Of a stretch of 64,000 nucleotides of DNA, positions 1 through 10,200 are shown one piece after another (position 1 is the first letter of the stretch; the number at the start of each line of letters is the position of its first letter). Source of the stretch: Promethearchaeota archaeon (GTDB lineage: Archaea; Asgardarchaeota; Lokiarchaeia; Sigyniarchaeales; SOKP01); NCBI GenBank assembly GCA_016839765.1, contig JAEOTP010000043.1:64001-128000 (forward strand). The letters run 5' to 3'. Position numbers and translations under genes: made by a program. The notes below the pieces were generated by a model. That model worked only from the letters and a program-made list of their open reading frames with translations. It ran no database searches and was not told where the DNA came from.

Positions 1-1
1 T

Positions 2-421
2 GTAGATCCGGGATTATATAAAATTGGAGAACCTGATGATATGGCACCTATTTTTGTCACTAGTAACTATCGGATGACGAAAATTCCTGTCGAACAAGAT
101 TTACAAGGCGCAAATCTCAATTGTTGGTTGCTAGTAGCTGATACAGAAGGTATAGGAATTGAGAGTGCTGTAGCAGGAGGTCAATTTAACGCTGGTGGTA
201 TAGCAGAAGCTGTAAAGGAGTTTAAAGCCTTTGATAATGTAAAACATAGAATATTAGTTCTTCCTGGTATGGCTGCAAGGTTAAGTGGAGCTTTAGAGGA
301 CGAAGCAGACGCTTTTGTCGTTGTGGGTCCAAGAGATTCGAGTGGTATACCAAAATTTATGGAAATTCAATGGAAACCCGAAGAATTCATGAAAGAATAC
401 GAATCCTGGTCAAAAGAATAA
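2..421 (+). CDS. C-terminal part of a CdhE/AcsC-like corrinoid Fe-S protein domain (5'-truncated by window edge)
   Basis: Open frame from base 2 (VDPGLYKIGEPDD-MAPIFVTSNY...WLLVADTEG...KHRILVLPG...VGPRDSS) matches the CdhE/AcsC cobalamin-binding C-terminal domain; lacks the HgcA NVWCAAGK cap helix. Confidence 0.7.
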   Translation, partial: VDPGLYKIGEPDDMAPIFVTSNYRMTKIPVEQDLQGANLNCWLLVADTEGIGIESAVAGGQFNAGGIAEAVKEFKAFDNVKHRILVLPGMAARLSGALEDEADAFVVVGPRDSSGIPKFMEIQWKPEEFMKEYESWSKE

Positions 422-459
422 AAATCTTTTTCCTTTTTTTATATTTTTAAAAATTATAT

Positions 460-1125
460 TTATTCTAAAAGTGAATAAATCTTTTTCAGAGTTATTTCTC
501 CTATACTATTTAGAACTAGTCCCTTTCCCTCCTTTAGTTCCTTTAATTGATTAGCTGAATGATGTCCCGTCAATACACCAATAAAGGGACAATTGAGGTT
601 ATTAGACAATAGCACATCCTTAGGGTGATCTCCAATAACAATAATGTTATATCCTGAGTATTTATCTTGTAAAATCGTTTTCAATTTTGGATCTAATTTT
701 CCTAACTCCTTTCTTTCCTCAGTTTCTCCTAAAATATAGTTAAAAAATTTCTTAATCTTTAGTATTTCAAGAATTCTTTCTGCCAATTCCTGTTTTTTAG
801 AGGTAATTATGCCCATAATAAAGTTATTTTTCTTAAGCTCCCTTAATTTCTTCTTTACACCTGGTAGAAGATGCGATTGATAAATTCCTTTAGAACCATA
901 ATATTCTCTAAAAGCAGATGATAATAGTGAGGGATCTAAGTTTGTTACCTTAGCAAACATTTCATTCAATGGTATTCCAATCATAATTTCTATTTTGGAT
1001 CGTTCTATTTCTGAAAAATTAAATTTTCTTAAAGCATAATTAAAAGAATTGGTTATACCTTCCTTATTGTTAATGAGAGTATTGTCTAAATCAAAACTTA
1101 AAATAATTTTTTCTCTTTCAATCAT
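460..1125 (-). CDS. HAD-superfamily phosphatase (phosphoglycolate phosphatase-like)
   Basis: FDLDNTL motif I, ITSK motif II, IGDHPKD motif IV. Confidence 0.85.
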   Translation of the reverse strand: MIEREKIILSFDLDNTLINNKEGITNSFNYALRKFNFSEIERSKIEIMIGIPLNEMFAKVTNLDPSLLSSAFREYYGSKGIYQSHLLPGVKKKLRELKKNNFIMGIITSKKQELAERILEILKIKKFFNYILGETEERKELGKLDPKLKTILQDKYSGYNIIVIGDHPKDVLLSNNLNCPFIGVLTGHHSANQLKELKEGKGLVLNSIGEITLKKIYSLLE

Positions 1126-1231
1126 AAAGATCTAAAGATCTCAGGTAGTATTTTTAATATTTAATAAAAAGTAAAAATTTAAAAAAAAGATATTTTAATA
1201 ATTTCAATAAACCAACGTAATTACATTGTGT

Positions 1232-2461
1232 TTATGTCATATATATTGTTAATAGCGGGTCTCCAAATATTTTCATTCCATATACTTCTTCCCAATGATG
1301 AAGTGGGATAATTTCTGGTCCATAAAACCAATCTTTAAAGGCTTCTCCGAAAATTTTTCCATTTTTAAGAGAATCATAGAATGGTTGATAGAGACTCATT
1401 CCTCCTGATCTAGCACATCCTATTACATTTAGCGCTTGACCACTAAAAAGATAATGCGTGGCGATATTATTTTGTATCATCAGATTAGCTGAAAAGCAGG
1501 AATATAAATTAAAGAATAGAGGTTGCGGTGCAGCATTATAGATATCATTATATGTTAATATACCATCATCAGCACTAGGAGAACCCCCTTGGTAAACGTT
1601 AATACCAAATTGTTGTTCAGTACCATTACAGTGAGCCATTACATGTACTAGTTCATAATTCGTAAAATTTGGATGTGTAGTGTCTGATATATTTGAAAGG
1701 AAATTTGCTGCATTGGTAGCATCATTACTAAAATAATTATAGTCAGACTCACAGGTAAGATTAGTTAATGTATACGCTGTGAAATTACTAATCCATTCAT
1801 CTCTATAACTTGCCCATTCATCATCGATATAAAGTAATGCTTTATGAGAACGGTTTGTAAGACCAATCCTTAAATTATGATCTCGAGAAAAGAAATTACT
1901 TAATGAAGTAATAGGATTAAACCCAATCTTAGATATTGTATATGGACTAATACGAGCAACCCAGATTTCTGGAAGTGCATCTGCAGTGCCGTTATTATGT
2001 TCTACATTATTGTCTGCGGCTCCAACATCGTAAAAACTATTTCCATTTACATCAGTCCAATTACCATCTAAATCCATCAAATAATAATCGCATGAGAAAT
2101 TGCGATACATAGACCAGGCCGAGTCCCAATACCTTGCTTTTGCAAATGGAAGCTTTCCTATTAAAATCGCACCTGTTAACCCATTTGTATAAGCTGTAGT
2201 TATATTATTCTTAAGTTGGCTAACATCATTAATTGACCAATTAATTACATCTGCATTATATCCTTGAGCTATAATATCTTGTTTATATTGATTGATTTCT
2301 ACAGATAAACTAGAATAAATTGTGGAATTGACATAAATATTAACTTTTAATCGAGTTTGACTTGGTTCTTCTTTAAAATATGGTAAGATAAGTGCTAAAG
2401 ATATGGCAGTGCCAAATAAGATTATTGTGGTGAGTATAATGGCTTTAACATTTTTTCTCAT
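1232..2461 (-). CDS. Membrane-anchored/secreted peptidase C25 (gingipain-like) family protein
   Basis: N-terminal hydrophobic anchor; GAILIGKLP, DYYLMDLDG, PEIWVARI, VMAH, YSC, FGDP segments typical of C25. Confidence 0.6.
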   Translation of the reverse strand: MRKNVKAIILTTIILFGTAISLALILPYFKEEPSQTRLKVNIYVNSTIYSSLSVEINQYKQDIIAQGYNADVINWSINDVSQLKNNITTAYTNGLTGAILIGKLPFAKARYWDSAWSMYRNFSCDYYLMDLDGNWTDVNGNSFYDVGAADNNVEHNNGTADALPEIWVARISPYTISKIGFNPITSLSNFFSRDHNLRIGLTNRSHKALLYIDDEWASYRDEWISNFTAYTLTNLTCESDYNYFSNDATNAANFLSNISDTTHPNFTNYELVHVMAHCNGTEQQFGINVYQGGSPSADDGILTYNDIYNAAPQPLFFNLYSCFSANLMIQNNIATHYLFSGQALNVIGCARSGGMSLYQPFYDSLKNGKIFGEAFKDWFYGPEIIPLHHWEEVYGMKIFGDPLLTIYMT

Positions 2462-2593
2462 ATTTTAAACCCTTAATTATTTTTAGATTAAAAAATCTTA
2501 ATCAAATCTAAAATTGATCTTTATAATTACATAAAGTTTGAAATATATATTTATATGGTTAAGTGATCTGTAGGTGTTAAATTTAGAATGTTG

Positions 2594-4201
2594 TTAGGTG
2601 GCAATTTTAAAACCTTTAAACAACCGTAACAAGTACATTATTTCTTCACTACCTTGAATGATTCTTTGTATTCCATATGGAAAGTCTTGGAATTCAACTT
2701 GTTTCCCTTGAGAAACCCATCCTATAATTAACTGTACCATTTCCTTATATTTTTTTACCGTATGCCCTTTGGATTCAATTTCTGAAATAATTTTTTGAGC
2801 TTTCTTTATTTTACCATTTAAAATTGAAGATATTGCTGCTAAAACGTAAGATTGTACGATATGAGAATACCTTATTTTTTTTAGATTGGCTGCCTTGTAA
2901 TAATATTTATAAAGATTATTAATCATTTCATTAAGTAAAAAATCTTTTGCTGTATCAAGTTGCTGGTAAAATTTAATGGATTCTAAAATGAGTGTAGCTG
3001 CTGTATAAAATTCTTTATTCTTTAATCCTTCTTTCGCAATTATATATAATCCCCTAACTATTTGGTTAAAAATGCCAAATCTATTAAATTCTAATCGTCC
3101 TTCGATAGCAATGTCATAAGCATAAAGATAACTCTCAGTTGAATCATTTACATTTTCTGTTTTCCAATAATCGTCACCAGCTTTAACATAATGCTTATAG
3201 GCCATTTCTAAATTATTTAGTTCTTTAAATGTTACCGCTGCATTGAAAAAATTTGTAGCTGCATCTTCATATTCTTCAATTTTTTCTAAGTAATTACCAG
3301 CTAATACAAAGCATGATGCTGATTCAATGAGATTATTATTAATTTCTTGATAACATAAAGCAGCTCCACGATAAAATCGTGCAATTTTTTGAAAATTTTC
3401 CTTACTTTTTTCTAAGTTTTCTGCAAGGTTTATATAGGCTCCAGCTTCCTTTTTTGAGTAATGAATAAATTGATCCTCATCTTCGATTGATTCATATAAT
3501 TTCTTCAAGACTTGACAAATTTGAGCTATTATAAGATTATCATTTTCTCCTTCAATACTTTCATATAATCCATTAAAATACTCAACTGCTTCTTGAAGAA
3601 TATTTTTAGATTTACCTATTTCATCCAATTCTTCATAGCAAAAAGAGATTTGTTGGTAAGAATATGATGATAAATCATAATACTGATATTCTTTTGATAT
3701 ATCTATAGCAGAATCATAATATTTTATAGCTCTCTTAAAGTCATTAATTTTAAGATATAATTCAGCAATATTCTGATAATTTTGAGCAAACTTTCTAGTT
3801 TCATCAAACTCCTTTAAAAGCTTACTTTCTTGTTTAAGAAAATCTATACTATTAATTATGTTCTTTCTTTCTAATTTAGAATCACGCAATTTTTCTGCAT
3901 ATATATCTGCTATTCTTAAATAAATTTCCGCAATTTCATGCAACCTTGCCTGTAATTTGTATGTAATTATTTGATTTTCCCATAGTTTAATTGAAAATTT
4001 ATACAGTTTATTTGAATGATTGTTATTAAAATCTTCCAATAATTCAGCTGCGGTGTATAAAAATTCACCGGCTTCAAAGTAATCTCCAGATCCAACTATT
4101 TCATTAGCATACTCAATAGAATCTTCAATTAATTCTTGAATTTTTCTATCTCTCTCTTTTTGGACTTTTAAAGACTTGATACTTGTTACAAGCTCACTCA
4201 A
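2594..4201 (-). CDS. Alpha-SNAP-like/TPR helical repeat protein
   Basis: Repeated A-x-x-[YF]-x-x-A-[AG] helices (AARFYRGAA-type, AATNFFNAA, AYKHYVKAG); reading frame stays open ~16 codons upstream of the TTG. Confidence 0.6.
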   Translation of the reverse strand: MSELVTSIKSLKVQKERDRKIQELIEDSIEYANEIVGSGDYFEAGEFLYTAAELLEDFNNNHSNKLYKFSIKLWENQIITYKLQARLHEIAEIYLRIADIYAEKLRDSKLERKNIINSIDFLKQESKLLKEFDETRKFAQNYQNIAELYLKINDFKRAIKYYDSAIDISKEYQYYDLSSYSYQQISFCYEELDEIGKSKNILQEAVEYFNGLYESIEGENDNLIIAQICQVLKKLYESIEDEDQFIHYSKKEAGAYINLAENLEKSKENFQKIARFYRGAALCYQEINNNLIESASCFVLAGNYLEKIEEYEDAATNFFNAAVTFKELNNLEMAYKHYVKAGDDYWKTENVNDSTESYLYAYDIAIEGRLEFNRFGIFNQIVRGLYIIAKEGLKNKEFYTAATLILESIKFYQQLDTAKDFLLNEMINNLYKYYYKAANLKKIRYSHIVQSYVLAAISSILNGKIKKAQKIISEIESKGHTVKKYKEMVQLIIGWVSQGKQVEFQDFPYGIQRIIQGSEEIMYLLRLFKGFKIAT

Positions 4202-4535
4202 CTTTTCTAAGTAATCTCCATAATCTATATAGCTATCTTCTCGGAGGATCTATAATCAACCCTTTAGTTTATGCCAAATTCTATGTATAAAAATTAATAT
4301 ACACATAAAAAATACATGGTTTTTTAGAAAAATTTTAAAAGACATATTTGAAATGTCAATTAGCTTATTAATCCTCATATTTCATTTAAGACTATTTTAC
4401 AATTTTGAGATAAAACACTTTTTAAATTATGGAAATAGCTTTAAATATTAAAATAGTCTTATTAATATTAATTAAAATCAAAGTATTGATATAAATAAAA
4501 AATCAAGGTGTGTTAAAATAAAGCAAGTATCAGAA

Positions 4536-4727
4536 TTGTTAGAGACAGGATTGTATGAAACATTTAAGCCTGAGAAGAGAATGGTAGTAAGAGACCTTCT
4601 TAAAGAGTTAAACCTGGAGGGAAAATTTTTTGGAATCCTAGTTAACGGAAAAAAGGCTACCGAAGACACAGTTATTAGGGAAACAGACGAAATTATCATC
4701 CTACCCCACATTGCCGGGGGAAGTTAA
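4536..4727 (+). CDS. MoaD/ThiS/SAMP-like small beta-grasp sulfur carrier
   Basis: ILVNGK...DEIIILPHIAGG-S C-terminus; true start may be ATA at 4518 after AGGTG. Confidence 0.8.
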   Translation: MLETGLYETFKPEKRMVVRDLLKELNLEGKFFGILVNGKKATEDTVIRETDEIIILPHIAGGS

Positions 4728-4808
4728 AATTTATTAATTTTTTTAGAGAATCTCTTTATTTTTAATCGAATTTAGGTTAATAAACCTTCAATTTAATTTT
4801 TAATAAAA

Positions 4809-5789
4809 TTATTTGAGATCGATTTTTAAAAGATCTTGTGCTAAAATTGTATTAGGAAAAATTTCTTGAGCGTCTTTTAACAATTTTTCAGCATCTTCTT
4901 GATATCTTGAGGAAATATGAGTTAATATTAGCCGTTTTGCGTTCATTCTCAAGGCCATATTTGCGGCATCAACCGAAGTTGAATGTTTCTTTTCTTTAGC
5001 AATGTGATCTAATTCCTTTGAAAAGGTAGCTTCATGTATCAATATGTCTGAACCCTCACCAATACCTATTAACGAATCACAAGGAACTGTATCTCCTGAA
5101 TAAGTCACTTTTCTACCTGGACGTTTAGGGCCAACAATTTTCTCCTTAAACGGGTCTATTTTTTTTCCTTTAAAATCTATAATTTCGCCTTCTTGTAATT
5201 TCTTCCAAAGGTGACTTGCTGGGATTCCTAGTTCTTGTGCTCTCTCAGGATTAAATTTACCACTACGAGGTTTTTCTATAAACGAATAAGCAAATGTTAA
5301 TACTGAATGTTCAACTAAAGTATATTTTAGTATGTATCTTTTACCTTCAAAAATAATATTATTTTCAATTTCAATTTCTTTAGAAGGCTTTTCTGAATCT
5401 AAACCTTTGAATTCAATTAATTTTTTTTGCAGATGATCAATTTCAATAATCTTAATTGGATAATCTGCTTTTAATCCAAGAATTTTTCTATGCAAATACA
5501 AATATAAGTAAAGATTTCTGGGACCATAAATGGTGAGCGGAGCAGTCCTTTCAATTAAACCAAAGCGGAATAGAAGACCCGGAAGTCCTATTATATGATC
5601 CCCATGAAAATGAGAAATTAAAATATTTAGTGGTTTGTTAAATTTTAAACCCGCTTGATTTAAACGCCGTTGAAGATCTTCACCACAATCAAAGAGGATT
5701 AATTCATTTTTATATTTAAGAGCAATTGAGGGCAAGTTCCTTTCTTTGATGGGGATTGCTGCAGAAGAACCTAAAATAATTATTTCCAT
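4809..5789 (-). CDS. rnz: Ribonuclease Z
   Basis: SHFHGDH motif, GPKRPGRKVTYSGDT, HEATF, HST, LTHISSRY. Confidence 0.95.
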   Translation of the reverse strand: MEIIILGSSAAIPIKERNLPSIALKYKNELILFDCGEDLQRRLNQAGLKFNKPLNILISHFHGDHIIGLPGLLFRFGLIERTAPLTIYGPRNLYLYLYLHRKILGLKADYPIKIIEIDHLQKKLIEFKGLDSEKPSKEIEIENNIIFEGKRYILKYTLVEHSVLTFAYSFIEKPRSGKFNPERAQELGIPASHLWKKLQEGEIIDFKGKKIDPFKEKIVGPKRPGRKVTYSGDTVPCDSLIGIGEGSDILIHEATFSKELDHIAKEKKHSTSVDAANMALRMNAKRLILTHISSRYQEDAEKLLKDAQEIFPNTILAQDLLKIDLK

Positions 5790-5795
5790 ATTTCA

Positions 5796-7115
5796 TTATA
5801 TAGTTTTTCTTAGCCGATCAATTTCTAGCCTTTGCTCAATATTCTGTTTGGTCAAGTCTTCAATAATTGTTTTTAATTCTTCAATTCTTAATATAAGCTT
5901 AGGGTTTTCAACTTCTTGGGTCTGAATATGAGTTTGGGCTGCTATGCTTAATTTATTTATATCATTCATTAATTCTGAAACTTTTTTATCCTTTAAACTT
6001 ATTTGATTTTCAAGGTCTTCATAACTTCTTTTAATCCTAATTGCTTCATTTTTTATTGTCGTAATTTCCTCATCTTTGGTCTTTAGGGCATTTTTCGCTT
6101 CATCTAATTGCTTTTGTAAAAAACTAGCCATTTCTCTCTGAATTTTTAAATTACTATCAATATTACTTTGAGGAACTGCTTCACTAGGCACTTTTTGATT
6201 TCCAGATGCCTTTAATTGTTCTTGAAGTATTGAGATTTGGGATTTAGACTTATTTAACTTAGTTTTTAACTCTTCGACAACCTGTTTAAGTGTTGGAGAT
6301 TGAGATGGGTCGTCCACTAAGCTTCTTTGTTCTCTTAATTCCTGAATTTCTGTTTCTTTATTCTCTAATTTAATTTTAAATTCCGCAATTTTATTTTCAT
6401 AGTCTTTAATTTTATTTTTAAACTTACTTTTATCTTTATAAGATTCTAATTTTTGTTTTAACTCATTATTTTCCCTTTTAGTCTTATTTAGTTTATTTTG
6501 TAGTTCTTCCAAAAGATTTTTGGAAATATTAGTACTGGTTACTGCTGCACTATCGTTGACAACTATTTCTGAAACGGATTCGTTTTTTTCGAGTTTTCGA
6601 TTTGATTCTGTCAATTGCAATTTTAAAGATTCAATTTCTTCTTCTTTTTCTCGTAAAACTTCGCTGAAATCACTGCTTCCAATATTCTTAAGTTTTAATT
6701 TCCGTATTAAAGATTCTTGTTTATTTATTTTATCCTGAAGTTCTTTTACTAAAATATTGAGGGGTGCTTTTTCTCTAAGATCCTCAACTCGAATAACAGA
6801 AGTAGATTTTTCTAGCAATTTTATATTATCAAGTTTTTTTTGGGCTTCAAGTTTATCTTTTCTTAAGAAGCCCATTCTATCCTTTAGTTCTCTAATCTCC
6901 CTATTCTTAGCATCTAATTCACTTTGTAATTTTGATTCTTTTACTTTTTTACTTTTCTTTTTAGAGGGTTCTTCTGACATAAGTTCATGCAATTTCATTA
7001 TTTCTTCTTCAAGATTGTCAATTTTATCGACATATCCTATGATTTCATTATCTTTTTTGTCAAGATCCTTCTTTAGTTCGTCAAGTTTCTTAAGTAATTT
7101 TTCTTCTTCTGTCAT
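5796..7115 (-). CDS. Long coiled-coil protein of unknown function
   Basis: Heptad-rich K/E/L composition over 439 aa, broken by short S/P linkers. Confidence 0.7.
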   Translation of the reverse strand: MTEEEKLLKKLDELKKDLDKKDNEIIGYVDKIDNLEEEIMKLHELMSEEPSKKKSKKVKESKLQSELDAKNREIRELKDRMGFLRKDKLEAQKKLDNIKLLEKSTSVIRVEDLREKAPLNILVKELQDKINKQESLIRKLKLKNIGSSDFSEVLREKEEEIESLKLQLTESNRKLEKNESVSEIVVNDSAAVTSTNISKNLLEELQNKLNKTKRENNELKQKLESYKDKSKFKNKIKDYENKIAEFKIKLENKETEIQELREQRSLVDDPSQSPTLKQVVEELKTKLNKSKSQISILQEQLKASGNQKVPSEAVPQSNIDSNLKIQREMASFLQKQLDEAKNALKTKDEEITTIKNEAIRIKRSYEDLENQISLKDKKVSELMNDINKLSIAAQTHIQTQEVENPKLILRIEELKTIIEDLTKQNIEQRLEIDRLRKTI

Positions 7116-7190
7116 AGTTAGTTCAAATTGTTTAATTAGAAATTAATCCTATATATATCATCTTGCAATATATATTTTAATCTTTTTTAT

Positions 7191-9104
7191 TCAATAGATT
7201 TCAAAATCTTTAATAGAAAAATTCTTTTTAATTTTCTTTATTACGGGAAACAGACCTAAGAAATTAAGTAAAAGAAATACACCCAATAATATACCCATTA
7301 TTATAAAAGGTATTGAGATATGTGGTAAATGAACTCTATCGAATAAAACGATGGAATTTAAGATCATTCCTATCCCTAAACTTAATATTATTGATGGTAT
7401 TAATACATACAGTGTTTCTAAGAATAGAATTCTCCTTAAGGAGCGGAATTTTGAGCCAATAGCCCTCATGATTAAGAAATCTTTTGCTTTTTCGATAACA
7501 CCTCCTTTATGATAGTTATATACTGAAAGAACAGAAATTACTGCCATAATTACGATTAAAAATGTAGGATAGAGAGAGATATTTGTAATATAAGCTAAAT
7601 TGGTATCAAATGTTAAGTCAAGATTGATGAATGTAAACTCAGACCCTAGAGTACTATTTAGAATTGTTTCTAAATTAGATTTTAACGTAATATAAGAACC
7701 AGATTCGTATTTTAGCAATAATAAATTAATGTTTTCATTACTCAAATGTAATTCGTTCCTAAATATTTCAATATCTATATATCCAGTATAACCACAATAA
7801 AAACTATCGATCACTACTCCGCATGGATGAAAAGAATGGTTTAAATCTTCTAATAACATGCTTTGATCAAGTGCATAATCAAAAAAATTATAAGCTAGCC
7901 CATCTCCAATAACCATATAAACATGGGAATCACTGTCATTAAAAAATCTACCTTCTATTTCAAAATCATGTATAAATTTTGTGGAATTTATGCCCACTAT
8001 AGGAAATTTTCCACTTCTTTGCTGGCCTACACTAATACAAGTCCCATCCTCATAACAATGAGTCCCATATAATTCTTCAGCGTCGCTAAAAAAAATTAGT
8101 CTTTCATCGATTAGATCAATTTCTGTTAAATTATATAACTCCTCAATGTCTGATGTATTAAATAAATATTCAGGTTTTAAAAAATCAATACTATTTGAAT
8201 CAACAATAATATTTGGGTTTGAGAACATATTATACATCAACGTGTAATTAGATATCACATCCTTATGGCCAATTGCAACAATATTATCACCTTGAGATTT
8301 ATTTACCCATTCTCTCGAGGACGATCCTAAAACTAGAATTCCTAATGCTAATGTGAAAATTATGAGTGTGATGGTTGAAAACACAAAAAGATATCGCTTA
8401 AATTCTCCCTTTCTTCTTAAAGTGTTAACAATAGATATTTTAAAGTTATATCCAATTTTAGATAACCATTTGGGAATAAAGGTTAACCCTTTTCTTGCAT
8501 CATAATCATAAGGAATCTCTTTAGAAAAACTTTTAATGATTTTTTGATTCCCAAATTTTCTTAACATGTAACCAGGAATGATAAAAATACCACCTAGACA
8601 TGAAATAAACAAGATAAGTGTATAGAAATAATCAAATTTAAAAAATACTGAAGCTCCAAGAGAGGACGAGATTAATGCAAAGATTCCAAAAGAGAGTAAT
8701 CCGATAATAAAACCGATTATGAATCCGATTAGAAAGATTAGATAAATTTCAGTCAAATAATATCCATATAACTTTCTAGGAATAGATCCTAAGGCTCTCA
8801 TTATAGCAATATCTCGCTTTTTAGATACAATTAAAGTACTACTAATAATAATTACAATGATAAATGCTAATCCTATCATTAAACTTACAATTAAAATGCT
8901 GTAATTAGTGTAAATAATACTAATACCACCAGAGAAGAAATATGGATTTTCGAATTCATAAATAATAAAGCTGTTTAATCCTGTAGAGGTTGTTAAATAA
9001 ATTAAAAAAGTTGTAGCTGCTATAACTAAAATAACCATAAATAAATATGGAAATGATATTTCTCTCTTCCTGTAGAAATCCTTTAGTGCAAAATCAAGGG
9101 ACAT
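7191..9104 (-). CDS. ABC transporter permease, FtsX/MacB family (two FtsX domains)
   Basis: Two RDIAIMRALG / KDFLIMRAIG motifs, multiple TM segments, large extracellular loop. Confidence 0.85.
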   Translation of the reverse strand: MSLDFALKDFYRKREISFPYLFMVILVIAATTFLIYLTTSTGLNSFIIYEFENPYFFSGGISIIYTNYSILIVSLMIGLAFIIVIIISSTLIVSKKRDIAIMRALGSIPRKLYGYYLTEIYLIFLIGFIIGFIIGLLSFGIFALISSSLGASVFFKFDYFYTLILFISCLGGIFIIPGYMLRKFGNQKIIKSFSKEIPYDYDARKGLTFIPKWLSKIGYNFKISIVNTLRRKGEFKRYLFVFSTITLIIFTLALGILVLGSSSREWVNKSQGDNIVAIGHKDVISNYTLMYNMFSNPNIIVDSNSIDFLKPEYLFNTSDIEELYNLTEIDLIDERLIFFSDAEELYGTHCYEDGTCISVGQQRSGKFPIVGINSTKFIHDFEIEGRFFNDSDSHVYMVIGDGLAYNFFDYALDQSMLLEDLNHSFHPCGVVIDSFYCGYTGYIDIEIFRNELHLSNENINLLLLKYESGSYITLKSNLETILNSTLGSEFTFINLDLTFDTNLAYITNISLYPTFLIVIMAVISVLSVYNYHKGGVIEKAKDFLIMRAIGSKFRSLRRILFLETLYVLIPSIILSLGIGMILNSIVLFDRVHLPHISIPFIIMGILLGVFLLLNFLGLFPVIKKIKKNFSIKDFEIY

Positions 9105-9128
9105 GATAAAATTCCTCTTAGTGATTGG

Positions 9129-9881
9129 TTATTTCTGATCTACTTTAATAATACTTCCTTCCTCAAATGTAATAACCTTATCAGCAAGTTCAATTAAATA
9201 ATCATCATGAGTCGCAATAATTATTGTTTTTCCCTTATTTTTCATATCCTTAAAGAGATCCCTAATAAACAAGCTAGTCTTTTGATCTAAATTTGCTGTT
9301 GGCTCGTCTGCTAGTATTATAGGAGGATTATTAGCTAATGCGCGTGCTATTGCTACCCTTTGCTGTTCACCCGCAGAAAGCTGAAAAGGAAGATGTTCTC
9401 TTCTTTCTCCTAGACCAATTCTTTTTAATAGTTCAACAGATCGTTCTCTTTGTTCTTTTAGAGTCATCCCTGCTAAATTCATAGGGAATATTACATTTTC
9501 CTCGGCAGTCAAGGTGCTAATAAGATTATAATTCTGAAAGATAAAACCGGAATTTATTAATCTAAAAGTAGCTAAAGTTTCCTCCTCCATATCAGTAATA
9601 TTTACCCCACTATTATAAATAGTTCCTGAATTTGGAGAATCTAAACCTCCAATTAAATTTAACAGCGTAGTTTTCCCAGCACCAGAGTGTCCTTTAATAA
9701 CAATAAATTCGCTCTCTTCTACATTTAAAGACACATCATTCACGGCTCTAACTACAAAATCACCAATTTCATAGTCTTTAATTAGGTTTTTGGCGATAAT
9801 TATGGTATTTCCTTTTTCTAATTCTGGTTTAAAATTAGGCTCTTCCATTCTGTGCTCGTTGACTATTATATCTTTTTCCAT
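9129..9881 (-). CDS. ABC transporter ATP-binding protein, LolD/MacB family
   Basis: GHSGAGKT Walker A, LSAGEQQRV signature, ILADEPT Walker B, ATHD. Confidence 0.93.
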   Translation of the reverse strand: MEKDIIVNEHRMEEPNFKPELEKGNTIIIAKNLIKDYEIGDFVVRAVNDVSLNVEESEFIVIKGHSGAGKTTLLNLIGGLDSPNSGTIYNSGVNITDMEEETLATFRLINSGFIFQNYNLISTLTAEENVIFPMNLAGMTLKEQRERSVELLKRIGLGERREHLPFQLSAGEQQRVAIARALANNPPIILADEPTANLDQKTSLFIRDLFKDMKNKGKTIIIATHDDYLIELADKVITFEEGSIIKVDQK

Positions 9882-10005
9882 ATCTATTATATAATTTAAT
9901 ATTTTAAAGCTATTTTTCTAATAATTCATAGCTACTTAAAAATATTAATTGAAGGTTTTTGAATACATTTCAATATTATTATGTTTTTGGATATAATAAA
10001 TAAGA

Positions 10006-10013
10006 TTTATATA
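10006..10013 (+). promoter_or_regulatory. TATA box (TTTATATA) of the putative ncRNA
   Basis: Lies ~24 nt upstream of the first base of the structured region, the usual archaeal TATA-to-TSS spacing. Confidence 0.55.
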
Positions 10014-10036
10014 TCATCTTTTCATATTTCATCATT

Positions 10037-10200
10037 AGAGGGAAGTCGTGGATAAGTGTAAAAATATATAATATCCCCTAATTTCCTAATTAAACATCCA
10101 CGCGATTCGCGTGGCAAGGGTTACATGGTAACTAAGTCTTAGGTTTTATCCCCAAACTTAACCTCCTCGGAGGTTTCCTTTTCCCGACTCCTCTCTTCTC
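10037..10200 (+). ncRNA. Putative structured non-coding RNA of unknown family
   Basis: 5' AGAGGGAAGTCG (10037-48) pairs with 3' CGACTCCTCTCT (10185-96); four internal hairpins; GC-rich relative to flanks; TATA upstream, T-tract downstream; no ORF. Confidence 0.65.

Noticed and set aside
2-421. HgcA mercury methylase
   Set aside because: Cap-helix motif N(V/I)WCA(A/G)GK is absent (GIESAVAGG) and no TM region follows
10037-10200. Cobalamin riboswitch, SRP RNA, RNase P RNA, 5S rRNA or tRNA
   Set aside because: No B12-box, SRP helix-8, RNase P P4 partner or T-loop recognised; GGGAA here pairs with the 3' end. Left as unknown ncRNA pending an Rfam search
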